Part shown: positions 1-14,889 of the stretch, in pieces
Numbering within the stretch: position 1 is the first letter of the stretch
Layout: the number at the start of each line of letters is the position of its first letter
Assembly: GCA_964016885.1 (NCBI GenBank)
Contig: OZ024743.1
Coordinates: 109,802,001 to 109,866,000 of the forward strand
Reading direction: 5' to 3'
Source: Eledone cirrhosa
Taxonomy: Eukaryota
DNA length: 64,000 bases
Notes under the pieces: generated by a model
The model's database searches: none
What the model saw: the letters and a program-made list of their open reading frames with translations, nothing else
Told to the model about the DNA's origin: nothing
Translations under genes and position numbers: made by a program

Positions 1-780
1 CGAGGTGGGAGAGATAGGGGAGGGGTGATATACAGGAGATAGAGTTAAAACAGCCGATATAAGAGTAGAGGGAGGAGAAGAGGAGATATACTTATAAACA
101 AAAATGATAGTTTTAAAATATTATGTTTCATCAGTCTATCAATTCCTATGAATTATAATGTAAACATCAATATTCATGAATGAGACACATATCAATAATG
201 CGTGAAAAAATAATGACTATATGTTTAGTTTAAACATTCATAGGTTTATAATCAAAATCTGAGATAAAACCTCAAAAAATACTGGAACACATAAGTATAT
301 ATGTATTTTCATGAAAAAAAAGAGAAAAGAGAAAGAAAAAGAGAAGGTTACCTCAAATTGACACTATAGACACATGTGAGTTTACATGATCAGCTCTGTA
401 AATTTGTATTTCACATGGAAATCTTCATTGCGTTAAAAAGATTTTACCATACACATAAGTGTACATACATATATATATACATAAAATATACATTATTAAT
501 AATAATAATATTCTTGCCCTTTCTTACATGATTATCGTACAAGCATAGAATAGAACAGATATCAATATATTAAAATATTAAAAACGCCAAGAATATTTTC
601 CTCCCCAGAATATCTAGGGCCGTAATAAAAACACAGTGTGCCCAGCATATCAATCAATCCCTCTAATTTATTTGACAATATTGCCAAGTTCATTCGAAGC
701 AATCAGAATCAAAAGCAAATAAAACCAAAATTATTCACCAAACCTATTTAGCAGAAATCATTAAAAAAAAACAAACTTTA

Positions 781-815
<35 letters not shown>

Positions 816-867
816 CAAGACTGGACTTGAACCATCAAGACAGTTGTCGTATGTCATGCATCGATTC

Positions 868-939
868 ATATATTTTATCTGATGAGGGCGTGCTGAAAAA
901 ACAGTACAGTATCTCCGAAATATATATAATAAAACATAT
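868..939 (+). ncRNA. Type I hammerhead ribozyme motif (PLE-type, palindromic stem III)
   Basis: TTTTAT-CTGATGA-GGG..(GTGCTG/CAGTAC hairpin)..TCC-GAAA-TATATATA-ATAAAA. Stem I 868-878/929-939 is 11 bp with one mismatch. Lies between two (TA)n tracts. Confidence 0.75.
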
Positions 940-980
940 TTTGATTATGTGAACGTATTCATTTATTAAAATTTTGAATA

Positions 981-1027
981 ATATATATATATATATGTGT
1001 ATGTGTATAAATGTGTGTGAGTGTATA

Positions 1028-1100
<73 letters not shown>

Positions 1101-1101
1101 T

Positions 1102-1192
<91 letters not shown>
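981..1192. repeat. (TA)n/(TG)n microsatellite
   Basis: Direct reading; source of the spurious YI-repeat ORFs. Confidence 0.95.
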
Positions 1193-1195
<3 letters not shown>

Positions 1196-1822
1196 AACCT
1201 CTGAACAATAAAACTTACACAATATATGTATGTTTATACATACATACACACATTCATACATTGAAGTACATGAACACAAATCCAAATCACAATTACTAGA
1301 GTTCATTGGCAAATTATTGATTCTTTTATCTATATCATTCACACAAGTCTTCATTTTAAATCACCACATTGATCCGCTATCACATATTCATCTCAGCTCA
1401 ATAGTCGCTGCTGCTGATGCTGCTATGATTTTTCATACAATTCGAAGGTTTGAAATTGTCTTGAGCTAAGAATGAGAAACAATTAAACGCGTTATCTCTT
1501 ACTACCTTGTTGCATGCAATCTATTCATATTTTCGATTACAGAATTATATAGTCATATAAGCAAAAGCATTTTAATGCCACATATTTACTCAAGGTTTAA
1601 GACTTGCGACCTTTCTTTATTGCATTGAAAGTCTTTCTTTCTTATACAATTGCTTCCATTAATCCTTAAATTGAATTAGATATCTGTTAAATTTCATTCC
1701 TTTCCGCTTCGCTTCATTTTCTGATAAAATTAGTTCTCTCAAGCTTCAACCTATAACTCCTACACACTTAACTTACAAATCAGCTAGCCAAATACAAACC
1801 TTGCATCGACACATTACCTAGG

Positions 1823-1835
1823 CTGCTGCTGTTGT

Positions 1836-1872
<37 letters not shown>

Positions 1873-1940
1873 GCTGCTGCTCCTGCTGTTGCTGCTGTTG
1901 CTGCTGCTGCTACTGCGTCTGCTGCCACTGATATCACTAC

Positions 1941-1973
<33 letters not shown>

Positions 1974-1975
1974 GT
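1823..1975. repeat. (CTA)n/(CTG)n trinucleotide microsatellite
   Basis: Direct reading; gives the poly-L/poly-T artefact ORF. Confidence 0.9.
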
Positions 1976-2094
1976 ACTGATGAGCATGCTGCTACTACTA
2001 CTATTACAACGGCTGCTGTTATTAATTCCGCCGCCTTTAATTTCCCTGCTATTATTACGATATATTATAACTATGATAATATGAAAACATACTG

Positions 2095-2860
2095 ATGACA
2101 TCGTTAAGAATAATGACGATGACTTCCGTTTGAGCAACGAGTCCTCAACTGCCTCCGTTCTTCTTCGACTGCTTCCGGTCCACTTCGCTGTCGAACATAG
2201 GAAGGTAACTATATCCGGTGCCCTCCTCAACAAACGGTACTCTTCTTGATAATGAGTGCACTCGCATAGGTATAGACCAATGCCTCAGCTTTCGCGTGTG
2301 TGATCCACATAAACGATAGCTGTGGATCTGTCGTCGATAAATTCGGCCTGAACCCATTATCATGCCACGAAAACGCAGGCCGGTTCTCCCGATATATCAC
2401 TCTCAGAAAATGCGAAAAAACCTCGACGCAGCCAGCTTCCCGTCACATATGAACAAGCATGCCTCCAGCGCGGTGACGGAAAGCGACCCGACGGATTTAC
2501 CTTCTTCGCTTTCGAAGGAGTTAAATCCTTCAACTGTGAAGAGGCATGCTGTGACACTTTCTCCGTCTCAAACTTAGTCACCTGGGCCACAAACCCCCAT
2601 ATCACGGGTCGCAATGCAGTGGACAGAAAGGCTAGAAAATACCGGAGCTTGGACGGACACATACTCTTTTTACCCGTCTCCGAAAAGACAGCAGACGTCC
2701 TCGGACTCCGGGCAACCGACCTCTTCCCTAAAATCGGATTGATAGCAGTCCGTCTGAGGAAGGAATCCGGCGAAGAGGAGTGTCTTTGGTCATAGTCCAC
2801 GTATCTGCCCTTTTGTCCCCGTGGTGCAGCCAAAATACTTTTCAAACCTAAGTGTTGAGT
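2095..2860 (+). mobile_element. Decayed 3' fragment of a CRE-clade non-LTR retrotransposon (zinc knuckle plus restriction-like endonuclease)
   Basis: Manual translation across frameshifts: GTLLDNECTRIGI, CDPH..CGSVVDKFGLNPLSC..AGRFSR, RGDGKRPDGFT, CCDTFS, RKARKYRSL, FLPVS. Matches the CRE-type GTLLD / CxCG..H..SC / DGKRPDG..WDATC / K..KY motif series. Confidence 0.75.
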
Positions 2861-3100
2861 CTGCCACTTTCTCCCGTACCCCTTTCTTTCTTCCTTTGCC
2901 TTGTAGTCCTAGATCTCCCCATTATTTTCCTCTTATTTGTAGTATTCATACCCCTTTCCAATACTACTCTCTTTTTCTGTATATTTAAAGAAATAAAGTA
3001 TGAATGGCCAATTATTGGTAGAGAGAACCAAGTCGAAATACAAAGCAAACCAGTTAATAAGAAACTGGAGGAATTAAAATAGCAGTAGCGTAATACCAAT

Positions 3101-3101
3101 G

Positions 3102-3174
<73 letters not shown>

Positions 3175-3175
3175 G
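3101..3175. repeat. (CTA)n microsatellite
   Basis: Direct reading. Confidence 0.9.
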
Positions 3176-3204
3176 ATAACAAATAATGATAATAATAATA
3201 ATTG

Positions 3205-5480
3205 CTTTATATATTAGCCACAATGGCGGGCATATAGAGGCAAGCCAGAGGAAGGGTCAGTGGGGGTTTACATATATAATAGTGTAATATAAATAGCAAC
3301 AACAAAATAATAAAATTGAAACAATTTACATTCCCAATAACGGAGAAAACCACACAGGCGTGACTCAGGTTCCACACAAAATCCTGAACAAGCGACACTT
3401 CAGGGGCAACCGAGAAAGGTGCCCCACTCATCTTCAAATCAACCAGCCTACAGGTGTATGCTCAGAATACAGAATAGGCCCATTCCCGTGGGCCATTCAC
3501 GCTACATTCATGCATCAACTGAAGCCGGCGAGGCAATCTTCACTGTGGTCTCGATAGAAAGCCGGATCCGTCCTATACGCGACAACAGCTGTTCGACATA
3601 ATTATACAAGTCAGTAATGCCTGGATATTGGACGAATGCGTGTAGAACGATTTCTTCGACACTTGTGCATCCCGGACAAGTCCGTCTGACAGCACTTCTG
3701 TGTCTGTAAAGTTTATCTCCAAACTGCAGTGCTACCCTCTTATAGAACTCGGGGATGGAAGTTCCACTGACCTCATTGTTCACTTGGTATAGGTCAGTAA
3801 GCACATCACAACATTCCCGATGCCAGGCACGCAGTCTTGACCAAAGACTGCAGCCCAGTCAAATAGACGAGCTGCGGCTATACCTGTCTCACAAACGGTG
3901 GCCCCACCTGTTGAAAGTTTATGAAGAATACCTGGAGCTGCCGTAGCCTAATTACATGTTTACGCATAAATAGACAAGGCCTACACATTCATCCGCTTAA
4001 AGGGTTCTAGCAACAGAAAAACGTTCTTATTATCGAACCTGTTAGAAAGGAGCCGTTCAAATTTGGGGAGACGCGAATGGAGGGCAGAAACGACAGTCAG
4101 GAGTTAGTAGATGTTGGACGTAGCCTAACCTTTCAGAGACAACTTCTTTTAGGCCAATTTCAGGGTGATAGTGGTCTCCTCTTTCGTAACCAAGTCCCAA
4201 TTCTTCTCCACCTGGAAGTTTTGTTTGAACCTCACCGGAGCATCTTTACCGGCCCGTCCGTCTAACACATAATGACGTTGTTGAACGGCATGGACTTTTC
4301 AGGGTTTAGTTTTGCTCCCATCAACTTTTCATATTCGTCCAAGTAAGGTCTGACCACCTCAATTTCCGAGGTCCCGATACCATCACGGTGATGTCGGCCG
4401 CAAATGCAGACACAGCCTTTTCATGAATAGGGTTCGAACGGGGTGCACTGCAACAACTCCAATTCTATAGTAATGACTCGAGATTCTATGTTTACAGAAA
4501 GAGGAGAGAGAGGATTCTTGTCGGACCGATCGAAAAATCCGATATAGTGGCAATTATATTTTACCACCGACCAGACGTCACTGTGCATTAGGGCGATCTA
4601 ACTTGTGAAGACGGGACAGTAACCAGTTCCTTTAAGGATAGCCTCAGGTACCAATGGTCGACCGAAGAGCTCCACCTAAGCCTGGTTGATGCCCTGCTCT
4701 CTCTTTTTCTGATGTATCGCATGAGGTGGAGTTTGTCATGTATGGACCTAGTCGGAATTGGGAAAGTTTGCATCTCCTCTGAAAAATCCTCGAGGACAAG
4801 CGTCAAAGTCTTCGCTAGCACCTTGGCCAAAATCTTAAAATCTGGATTTTGCAGAGTTATAGGCCTGAAGTTATCTAACGTAGCCCTGGCGTTCTCCCCA
4901 TTCCTTATCAGTGACTCTACGACCAGGATCACAGAACTGGAAATACTCACATTCTGCTGCCAGTTCCAGTAGAGCGCTTCGAGGGGATAGGAGTACAAGT
5001 CTGACATATTTACGTACATCTCGTAGAGTAGACCAGCCAGACCGAGTTACTTGCATCTGGTGCATCCGACTAGGGCATCCTGATACTCAGATAAAATTAT
5101 CGGCTTTTCGCAGCGCTCATCCTCGACTTGCGAGAAACATGCTAGACCGTCGATGTTGCGACTTTAGTCTGCTAAATTCTTAGGCTCTTCTCCCCACGGA
5201 ACAGTTGAGCAAATTGGTGGCGGAGGGCCTTAGACACCAGCCTGTAATTGTTCCTCTCGTTTTCGTAATTGCCGTCAAAGACCTCGTTTCAGTGAGAACG
5301 CGTCTTATCTCTCACAACGCAACTGTCTCATTGCGCATTTAATAAATAGTCCCACGGCATTCTCGGCGCTCGCACCTCAGTTACAATGCCACGACGAATT
5401 GTCTCGTCTGATTTAGCCACAAGCTCTACCACCTTTATATTTTTCTCTAACGCTTCGTTACTAAAAGCTCAATGTGGCTG
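3205..5480 (-). mobile_element. Decayed Tx1/L1-clade LINE, ORF2 fragment
   Basis: NFRPITLQNPDFKILAKVLA (4588-5019) and C-terminal CPGC..EEIVLHAFVQ (3508-3804); homologous to the copies at 42-52 kb; 3' end abuts (TAA)n. Confidence 0.85.
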
Positions 5481-5897
5481 AGCTTGATTGCATAGAATTA
5501 TCTATAACATCAGTATATGTGATGCCACTCTACAAGCCTCACACCTATCTTAGTCACGCAACCAATCACACAAAGCCTTCTATTGTCAAGCCTGTTATTC
5601 GGAGATAGACTAACAGCTACTCAGTATGCCATCTCCAAAACAAATATTTTCTCTATTTTGTTTGTTTTTCTTCTAATTACTTTATTGAACTAATTAAGCA
5701 ATACGCAAACAGATGATGTCGCCACGATCCTACGTAACCTGTGTGTTGAAATATATATAGTGTATTTTTTTACAATAATAACATTTTAAGGGAAATTCAA
5801 CAGTGCGGACTCCTGATATTTTTATCAAAGAAAAAATATATATATGTATATATATACATTGTTATATTATATATATTATTATTATTACTATATATAT

Positions 5898-5989
<92 letters not shown>

Positions 5990-8545
5990 GGTGTTTACGT
6001 GTGTCATCGTCTTTATATGTAGGTAGAGATGTGTGCTGATGTAGGTATGTATGTTGACGTGTGTATGTTGTGGGTTCGTCTTAGGGAGAAGTGTTTAGAC
6101 GGGGTCCGTATTTGTTAATGAAGTAAGATTCCTTGCTGATGCGGTGGGTGTGGGTGGCATTATCTTTAAATTTGTAGAGAGGAAAGATTCTGAAGTTGGG
6201 ATGATTTTGGGCCGCACAGGTATAAATGTGTTCACTCAGTGGTATTTTCCTGTATTCCAGTATTTTAATTTGGGATCTATGGACAGTCATGCGTTGGCGG
6301 AGACTGTTTTTGGTCTGGCCTATGTATTGTTCTCGACAACCTGAACAAGTTAATACATATATTAGATTTTCCGATGCACATGTGAAATTGTGTTTTACTA
6401 TAAAACGTTGTCCATCTTTGAAATAGAATTCCGAACCCTCTATTAGGTTGATGCAAATGCCACAGTTGGGTCTATCGCATTTTTTACTGTGGGTTTCGTT
6501 GTTGTGGTTGGCAGTACTTTGGCATGTGTTAAGATGTTTTTCATTGACTTGGATTGTCTTTTGCTCTTTATGATATCGTGTGTTCGTAGAATTTGGTTCA
6601 TTCTATGGTCCTTTTTCAATACAGGGATGTTCTGGAGGATGGTGTCAAAGGCCTCATTGTTGAGGGGGTTGTGTGTGGAGATGTATGGAAGAGCTTTTAG
6701 TTTTGGTTGATTTACTTTAGGGTGTCTAAGGACCTGGGTACTGAGTTTTAGGGCACGTTGGATTCCATTATCAATTAGTGATGCAGGGTAGTCCCTGCCT
6801 ATGAGTGTGTCCTTTAGTTCTTGTAGCCGTAAGTAGCAGATGTTTTTATTGGAGACTATAGTACAGATTCTCTTGGCTAAGTGGTAGGGAATATTAATTT
6901 TAACGTGTCTAGGGTGGCAAGAGTTGAAGGGGAGATATTGCTTGGAGTCTGTGGGCTTGTAGTATATGTCTGTTTCTATTTTTTGTTATGGATCTTAATG
7001 AGGATGTCGAGGAAAGGGAGTTGTTGATGGCTGTATTCCATCGTGAAGTTAATATTTGTGTTGAGCCCATTTATAAGGGTGTGAAATTCTTTAAGTTTTT
7101 CGATGTTTTCGTGCCAAAGGATGAAGCAGTCATCTAGATATCGCTTCCAGTTCCTTTCAATGTGTAAGTGGAGGGTGTTTCCAAATTTGTTTAGGACTTT
7201 AGTGTAGAGGGTGATTTCCAGGTATCCTATGACTAGGTTGGCATAAGTAGGGGCTGTTTTCGTTCCCATAGCGGTCCCAGATTTCTGCCTGTAGGGTTTG
7301 TTATTGAAAACGAAGTAATTTTTCTCTAAGATAAATTTGAGTCCCTCTATCACGAATTCTTTTACGATGCGTTGTGGGGGTTCATTGTGGAAATTATCCA
7401 GCCAGAATTGGATAGCTTCTATTCCTAGGTTGTGGGGGATGTTGGAGTATAGGTTGACTACATCGAACGTCACTAGTAGGGTTTGTTCAGAAAATGGCAT
7501 ATTAGGGAGGTGATTGAGCATATCTAGGTCGTCCCTTATATAGCTTTTGATGTGCTTCAGGAAGGGTTTGAGAAGGGTATCAATGAAGTTGCTAAGACGG
7601 TGCGTTTCGCAAGCGGGGCCTGCTATTATAGGTCTTAATTTGAGATCATTGGGTGAGAGGACATTGATGACTATGTCTGTGGCTTCCTTGCATGCCTTAC
7701 TGATTGATTCGCTTTTATGTACTTTAGGGATACCGTAGAAAAGGCTGGATTTACTTGTGAAGTCTGTGATGAAGCTGAATTCCTTGTTAGTGAGTCCTTC
7801 TTTGTATGGGTTGATTAGAGTTTTTAGGTTTCTCATAATTTTCTGTTGATTGTAGTGTTCAGCCTTTTCGTAGTATGTTTCGTTTTCCAAAGTGGAGAGC
7901 GCTAAGTTGATATAGAATTCTGTCTCCATTAGGACTACTGTACTCCCTTTATCAGACTCTTTAATTGTAATGGTTCTGTCGGTTTTTAATCTATTTAATT
8001 CTTCCCATTCTTTCTTGTCGAGGTTTGGCTTGTGTTTTTGTCTGTGCAAGTGCTGGTAAGGGAAGTTTGTGATGTGTTCACAGAATTCGTCCAGGATTTT
8101 ATTTCCACCTTTTGAAGGGGTGTAATTGCTTCTATTTCTGGCTAATGATTCATCCTCATTGTACTGGTCGAATAGTTGTTCACTAAGTCGTAACTTTCTA
8201 CAGAAGTCTGTGATGTCTTCCTTCATTTCATAGTAGTTAGGACGCAGTGTGAATTTAAGACCTTTGGAGAGTAAGTTGATAAGGTTGGGTGTTGGTTCTG
8301 CACTAGTAAGATTGATAATTTTTATTACTATCGGTTTCTCCTCCCTGTCTTGTGTTATTTTGTTTGCCTGTATCTGTGTCCCACACCCAGCGCATCAGCA
8401 AGGAATCTTACTTCATTAACAAATACGGACCCCGTCTAAACACTTCTCCCTAAGACGAACCCACAACATACACACGTCAACATACATACCTACATCAGTA
8501 CACATCTCTACCCACATATAAACACAATGACACACGTAAACACAC
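5990..8545 (-). mobile_element. Penelope-like element (Neptune-like), 5'-truncated, with an inverted duplicate of its 3' end
   Basis: RT: FDVVNLYSNIP, GTAMGTKTAPTYANL, RYLDD, LPFLD. Linker CDRPNCGIC; GIY-YIG FTCASENLIYVLTCSGCREQYIGQT. 8380-8545 is the reverse complement of 5990-6155. Flanked by (TA)n. Confidence 0.9.
6081..8330 (-). pseudogene. PLE RT-GIY-YIG polyprotein, frameshifted
   Basis: 416-aa ORF 6976-8226 continues after a frameshift in an A-run (IETDIYYKPTDS) into the thumb and endonuclease, ending at GPRLNTSP* (6081). Confidence 0.85.
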
Positions 8546-8988
8546 ATGATCTATGGTGCAATACAAAAAAATATATGTGCATATATATGTATGTATATAT
8601 GTATATATATATATATATATATGTAGTGAATATATGTATGTGTATATATAGATAGTGAATATCATTTCACACCTTTTATTGTTAAGATTTTTGATGTTCT
8701 ATTAAGAGAACCGATTTTACTGAAAAAATCGAATAATGTACACCATTTTACCAGGGGGGGAAAAAATACTGGTCCACCCACACACACACACACACACACA
8801 CATATATACGCAAACACATACACACGCGTACATCAACATACAAAGAGACTTACACACACACACACACACACACACGCACTTCTCCGTATAAGACAAAAGC
8901 TGAAAAATATCTTTTGACATGCTAAAATACCCCCCATTGCTTTCAGACACATTCTTACTGATCATCGAATTACTCTGCTATACACACA

Positions 8989-9043
<55 letters not shown>

Positions 9044-9115
9044 ATCTTAATAGCCATTTGACACACATCGCTGCTGTCCATTGTCGCAGCATCGAACACC
9101 TTAATACTACTACTA

Positions 9116-9176
<61 letters not shown>

Positions 9177-9349
9177 CACATACACACACACACACACACA
9201 CACATATTTGTTGTGAAAGAGTCATTTCTCAATCTTGGCGCAAAACCAATTTTTTATCCATGACCTCTACCGACCAATCAAAATTGTTTTGACCAAGAAC
9301 TTTTGCTGGAGCCACTTTTTTAACATAAAAACAGGTAGAATTCCCAAAA

Positions 9350-9654
<305 letters not shown>

Positions 9655-9802
9655 ATACTATGGAAGGGTCATGTTGCCAATAAGAAACACACGCACCAGC
9701 TGCATCCACTCCAATTTATTATTAATTAAATTTATAAATTTAAGAATTTCTAAATTTCCAATTAGGTGGTTGGTGCCGCAACCGGACGGTTGTTCATATA
9801 TT

Positions 9803-9845
9803 GTCAAAATTGTTTCGTCACACATACTGTGACCTTTTCAGTGAC
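9803..9845 (-). ncRNA. Degenerate hammerhead motif in the left PLE arm
   Basis: Minus strand GTCA-CTGAAAA-G-GTCAC agtatgt GTGAC-GAAA-CAATTT-TGAC. Confidence 0.5.
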
Positions 9846-12800
9846 TGGGGATTCTTCTCTTTGTTTTGTGCATCTCCTTTGTTCTGTCCTACACCACCTT
9901 ATTTTTATGTGTGTTGTGTGTTTCGTTTCCGCATGTGTTAGATCCGGATGTCTGTGTGGGTTTTTATTTGTTTATTTATTTGTTAATTTACATCTTACTG
10001 GTTGGGTGTTTGTTCTATGTGTGTGTGTTTTCATTTTGTCCTTAATTGTAACTTGTGATGTTGTTATTCCATTCATGTTTTCTATTTAATTTTGGTTGGA
10101 GTTCATTCATGTTTTCTAATTAATTTTGGTTGGAGTTCATTCTTGTTTATTGCTTCTGTGATTTGTCTAAACATTGCGTCTTTTCTGTGTGTAGATTTTA
10201 TTTTTTTTCTATGTTCTCTAATTTTCCCTTACGTTCCATTTTAGCATGTTGGAGGAGTAGTGATGATTCTTTTCTATCTTGAAGCTCTCACCAGTGTTCA
10301 TTTAACCGTTCTCCTATACTACGAGCTGTCTCACCTATGTACACAATGTTCTTATCTTTACATTGTCCTTCAGTACATCTTATGCTATATACTATGTTTC
10401 TAGTTTTACAGTTACTATGGGGGCTTAGTTTACAGATTAGGCATTTATTATCTATACAGGGAGGTCTTTGAAAGGGTATGTATTACTAATAAGTGTATTT
10501 TAAGGAGGTACCTGGTCTTCCTACTATCTTAATATTTAGTTTAAGTTTATCTAGAGCCCTTCTAAATTTGTAAGAAAATTCACCACTATCGTTTGTATTG
10601 AAGAACATTACACTCTGGTATGTATTGCTATGATACCATGAGTTTATTCTATTAACCTTATTCCTAGTTCTTTCTATTCTATTCCAAAATGTTCTCCTGT
10701 GCAAGGGGCAGGTCCCATTTGTATCATTATTTACCATGTTTTCCCATTAGGTTCTGGCTCCTCTATATACTCTGATTTTATAGAGTTCTTGTTATTGTTG
10801 TTTGTGTCTGTATGTCTGTTGTTGTCTCTGTGTTTGTTATTATTGTTGTTGTGTGAGTTGTTGTTGTTATCGTTGTTTGTGTCTGTTGTTGTTGGAATGT
10901 GTGTTGTATATGTGTGTGTGCGTATGTTGTTTCTTATGTGTTTGTTGTTGTTATTGTTGTTTTTGAGGCTCCAACGTAATTTTGTAAATGATTTTTCTAT
11001 TTCTGACAAGCATCTTATCATATTTACCTTATTATATGTGGCATATTTAGGTGGTAACTGTAAGATGGATAATTCATCAGAGTCGACTGTAGTGTTGCCG
11101 TATATATTTGTGTTTTTGTTGTTGAATTCATCCTTTAATGAGATGTCGGCCATGCTTATACCATCAATCCTATCAGGATATTTATCTCTATTCTCTGAAG
11201 TTTTTTGGTTTAGTCTCATTGTTATATATAACAATAGCAATATTACACATAAAGCAGCAGTCTGGAATTCTACTTTTTATAATCCTTCTGATATGTCCTT
11301 CGACCAGCGACGAGTCCACGGCACTACTTTAGCTTTTAACAAACGCACGCAATTGCCGTCACAGGTCGATAAACAAAGAGAAGCACAATTTAATATAGCA
11401 AGATCTAAACTTAGAAATATTATGGAACAGTATAGCAAGAAGAAAAATAGAATGGAGGCCCAGCCACTGGGAGAAACATTTGCATATGGCTTGCGTAAGC
11501 TCATGCAGCGCTCACGTAATGGAGAGATTGCATGCTTTCCAACAGACACGTCTGGCATAATGTCGGTTTACAGTCTGCCAAACTACATCCAGGCAATGGA
11601 ACCCCACATCACTAACACAAGAGAAGTAACACGACAAGAGCATGAGGATAGGGAGAAAACGCTCAATGCTCATATGATGATGTGGAGAAACAAAATGTAT
11701 CCCAATAAATGGAATGCCAACAACTTTCAGGCCTGGAACAGTGACGTGCCACAGTTGTATGAGCTTTGAAAAGACCATAAGCCGAACAGTAATAAGTCCA
11801 CCAATACGGCCATTCTGTACAGCTAACATTGCTAGTAACTACAGACTTTTCTACTTCCTCTCTCTGATCGTACGCCCCATCATTGAAATGTCCCCGGATA
11901 TATGTGATAGCATGGAGGACATCCTCAGCAGAATCAACGAAAATAAACCTCTAGGGACCTAACAGACGCTATAATAGGTAGTATATGGATGTTGTGTCCC
12001 TATACCCATCCATTGACGTTGATTTTGCTGTGGATAAATGCGTAGAAATGATCATTGAGAGCAATGTTGAATTCCGTGGGATTGATACCAGTTAGCTGGG
12101 ACTCCTACTTAAACTTACCTATAGTAATGATTATATAGATACATATGATCTTAGCAACCTCTGCCCCACAAGGCCAGCAAGAGGAAGACCACATACTATT
12201 ACCTTAATTGCCAAGAAAACCCACACAGAAAGATGGAACAGGTGGACCAGAGCTATACGGACCCCCGAAAACCATGATGAACAGAAGAACATGATTGCAC
12301 ATACGGTGGGGGCCAGTATAAAACTAACCCTTAAGGAACTTATGTTCAAATTTAATGGAAAATATATGCCTGAGAGGAGGGAGCAGCCATTGGTATTAGC
12401 ATTGCAGGTGACATAGCTAACCTATTTATGGTATGGTGGGACAATAAACTTAAACTTATACTTAAAGAACAATTAGAAGACAGCAACCTCTCAACCCTGA
12501 TAACGTACTCTCGTTACGTTGATCACATAAACATCGTAGTAAAAACACACCCACTAGAGAACAGTCAGAAATTAGATAAAAGCAAAATGGAAAGCATCCA
12601 ACAAATAGCTAACTCCATCCATCAGATTATTAGAGTTACTATAGACTACCCAAGCAAACACCCCAATCATCGATTACCAGTACAAGACACAGAGCTCTGG
12701 TTAGAAACCATTAAAAACAAAAAAACAAATCCTCCATTCCTATTATGCCAAACCCATGACTTCCAAATATCTGATCCACCGAAACTCGACATACTGATTG

Positions 12801-13817
12801 CGGATATAGTACGGGTTATGAGAAACGTGTCCCGCGTATGCAACCCCAAAGAACTAGAGAGACACATAAAACACTTCATCCACCATATGCAGTTCTCTGG
12901 TTACAATTAGAGAGATAAAATCAGATTATATAGAGGAGCCAGAACCAGATGGGAATAAATGGTAAATAATGATACAAATGGAACCTCCCCATTGTATAGG
13001 AGCAAATTTTGGAATAGAATATAAAGAACTAGGAATAAGGTTAATAGAATAAACTCATGGTATGATAGCAATAAATACCGGAGCGTAATATTCATCAATA
13101 CAACCCCTAGAGGTGAATTAGCTTACACATTTAGAAGGGCCCTAGATAAACTTAAACTAAATATTAAGATAGTAGAAAGACCAGGTACCTCCATAAAAAC
13201 ACCTATTAGTAATGCATACCCTTTTCAAAGGCTTCCCCGTATAGATAAGAAATGCATAATCGGTAAAATAAGGTCCCATATTAACTGTAAAACTAGAAAC
13301 ATAGTACATAGCATAAGATGAACTGAAGGACAATGTAAAGATAAGAATATAGTGTACATCGGTGAGACAGCTCGTAGTATAGGAGAACGATTAAATGAAC
13401 ACTGGCGAGAGCTTCAAGATAGAAAAGATTCATCAGTACTCCACCAACAAACTAAAATAGTACATAAGGGCAAATTAGAGAACATAGATATAAAAATAAA
13501 ATCTACACATAGAAAGACGCAATGTCAGAAACAAATCACAGAAACAATAAACATGAATGAACTCCAACCAAAATTAAATAGAAAACATAAATGGAATAAC
13601 AACATCACAACTTACAATTAAGGACAAAATGAAAACATACGCACATAGAACAAACAACCAACCAGTAAGATGTAAATAAACAAATAAATAAACAAATAAA
13701 AACCCACACAGACACCCGGATTTAACACATGCGGAAACGAAACACCCAACACACACAAAAACAAGATGGCGTAGGACAGAACAAAGGGGAGGCGCAAAAC
13801 AAATTCAAGAAACCCCA

Positions 13818-13860
13818 GTCACTGAAGAGGTCACAGTATGTATGACTAAACAATTTTGAC
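13818..13860 (+). ncRNA. Degenerate hammerhead motif in the PLE 3' UTR
   Basis: GTCA-CTGAAGA-G-GTCA..TGAC-TAAA-CAATTT-TGAC (GAAA mutated to TAAA). Confidence 0.5.
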
Positions 13861-14235
13861 AATATATGAACAACCGTCCGCTTGTGGAACCAACCAACCA
13901 ACCGGAAATTTAGAAGTTCTTAAATTTATAAATTTAATTTATAATAAATTGGAGTGAAACACTGGTGCGTGTGTTTCTTATTAGCAACATGACCCTCCCA
14001 AAGTATAATACTATCGGTTTCAACACACGTTTTCATATAAAGAATCTGGCTAAACAAATTCAGAGAGGATATATATATATATATATATATATACAAAATA
14101 CCTGTTGATAACGTGATATTCCTTGTTCGATCATTACACCAAAAGCTTATAGTTTTGAGCAGAAATTATTATTGATTTAGACGTCGTGAAAACCCTGTAC
14201 TGGATTTTACCATCAATTCCAAGCGTCCAGATTTG

Positions 14236-14301
<66 letters not shown>

Positions 14302-14889
14302 GATTATGTCATTTATTTTGTCTGACCTGTTTAACTTGTCTTGTTTTGTGGCTTAGTTGGTCTATACCTTATTGACCGCCTTCTTAGTTTGTATGCACTT
14401 TATAACCTATTTTATTGCTCTAGTCTTTTAGCCTATGATGCACTTGCTAGCATGACTCGGAATTTGCGTTGCATTTCGCTTTTCCTACCCGCCGAAATGC
14501 GATTCTCACTGATTTATATATATATTTATATACAAATTTAAATTATTGAGAATCGCACTTCGGCCTATGAAATAACGAAAAACAACCTCCGAGATGTGTG
14601 GCAAGTGCTCAATGGTTCAGAAGAACCAGAGCTACATTATACGTTTAAGGCCAAACACACTGAGACGGTGGTTAAACATTCATCCGACCAGCCAAAAAAA
14701 CGATCAAGTAATTCGGGTCAAACAAATACAAATATATGTGATTGAAAATTTACCCGGACCCTGGAAGGTTGGTAAAATCCAGCATTTGGGTTTCAGCGAC
14801 TCCTAAATCAAGTACTGCCCGCTTACATAAAAAATGTTAGGCTGCTGTTAAGATGATTGAACAAGGGAGCCACTTATATATATATATAT

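Noticed and set aside
2360-2845. 161-aa minus-strand ORF
   Set aside because: Antisense shadow of the CRE fragment on the plus strand.
5701-5766. Hammerhead-like CAGATGA..GAAATATATATA
   Set aside because: Core is mutated and stem II pairs poorly; probably a remnant but not supportable.
10699-11769. 356-aa plus-strand ORF as a membrane protein
   Set aside because: Chimeric: the hydrophobic half is the antisense of the inverted PLE N-terminus, and only the part after about 11230 is PLE sense.
13319-13321. TGA at a Cys position (IR*TEGQC) in the Naiad-like PLE, suggesting selenocysteine as reported for some Naiads
   Set aside because: The inverted arm has TGT at the same codon (about 10375), no SECIS was recognised, and the copy has many other lesions.
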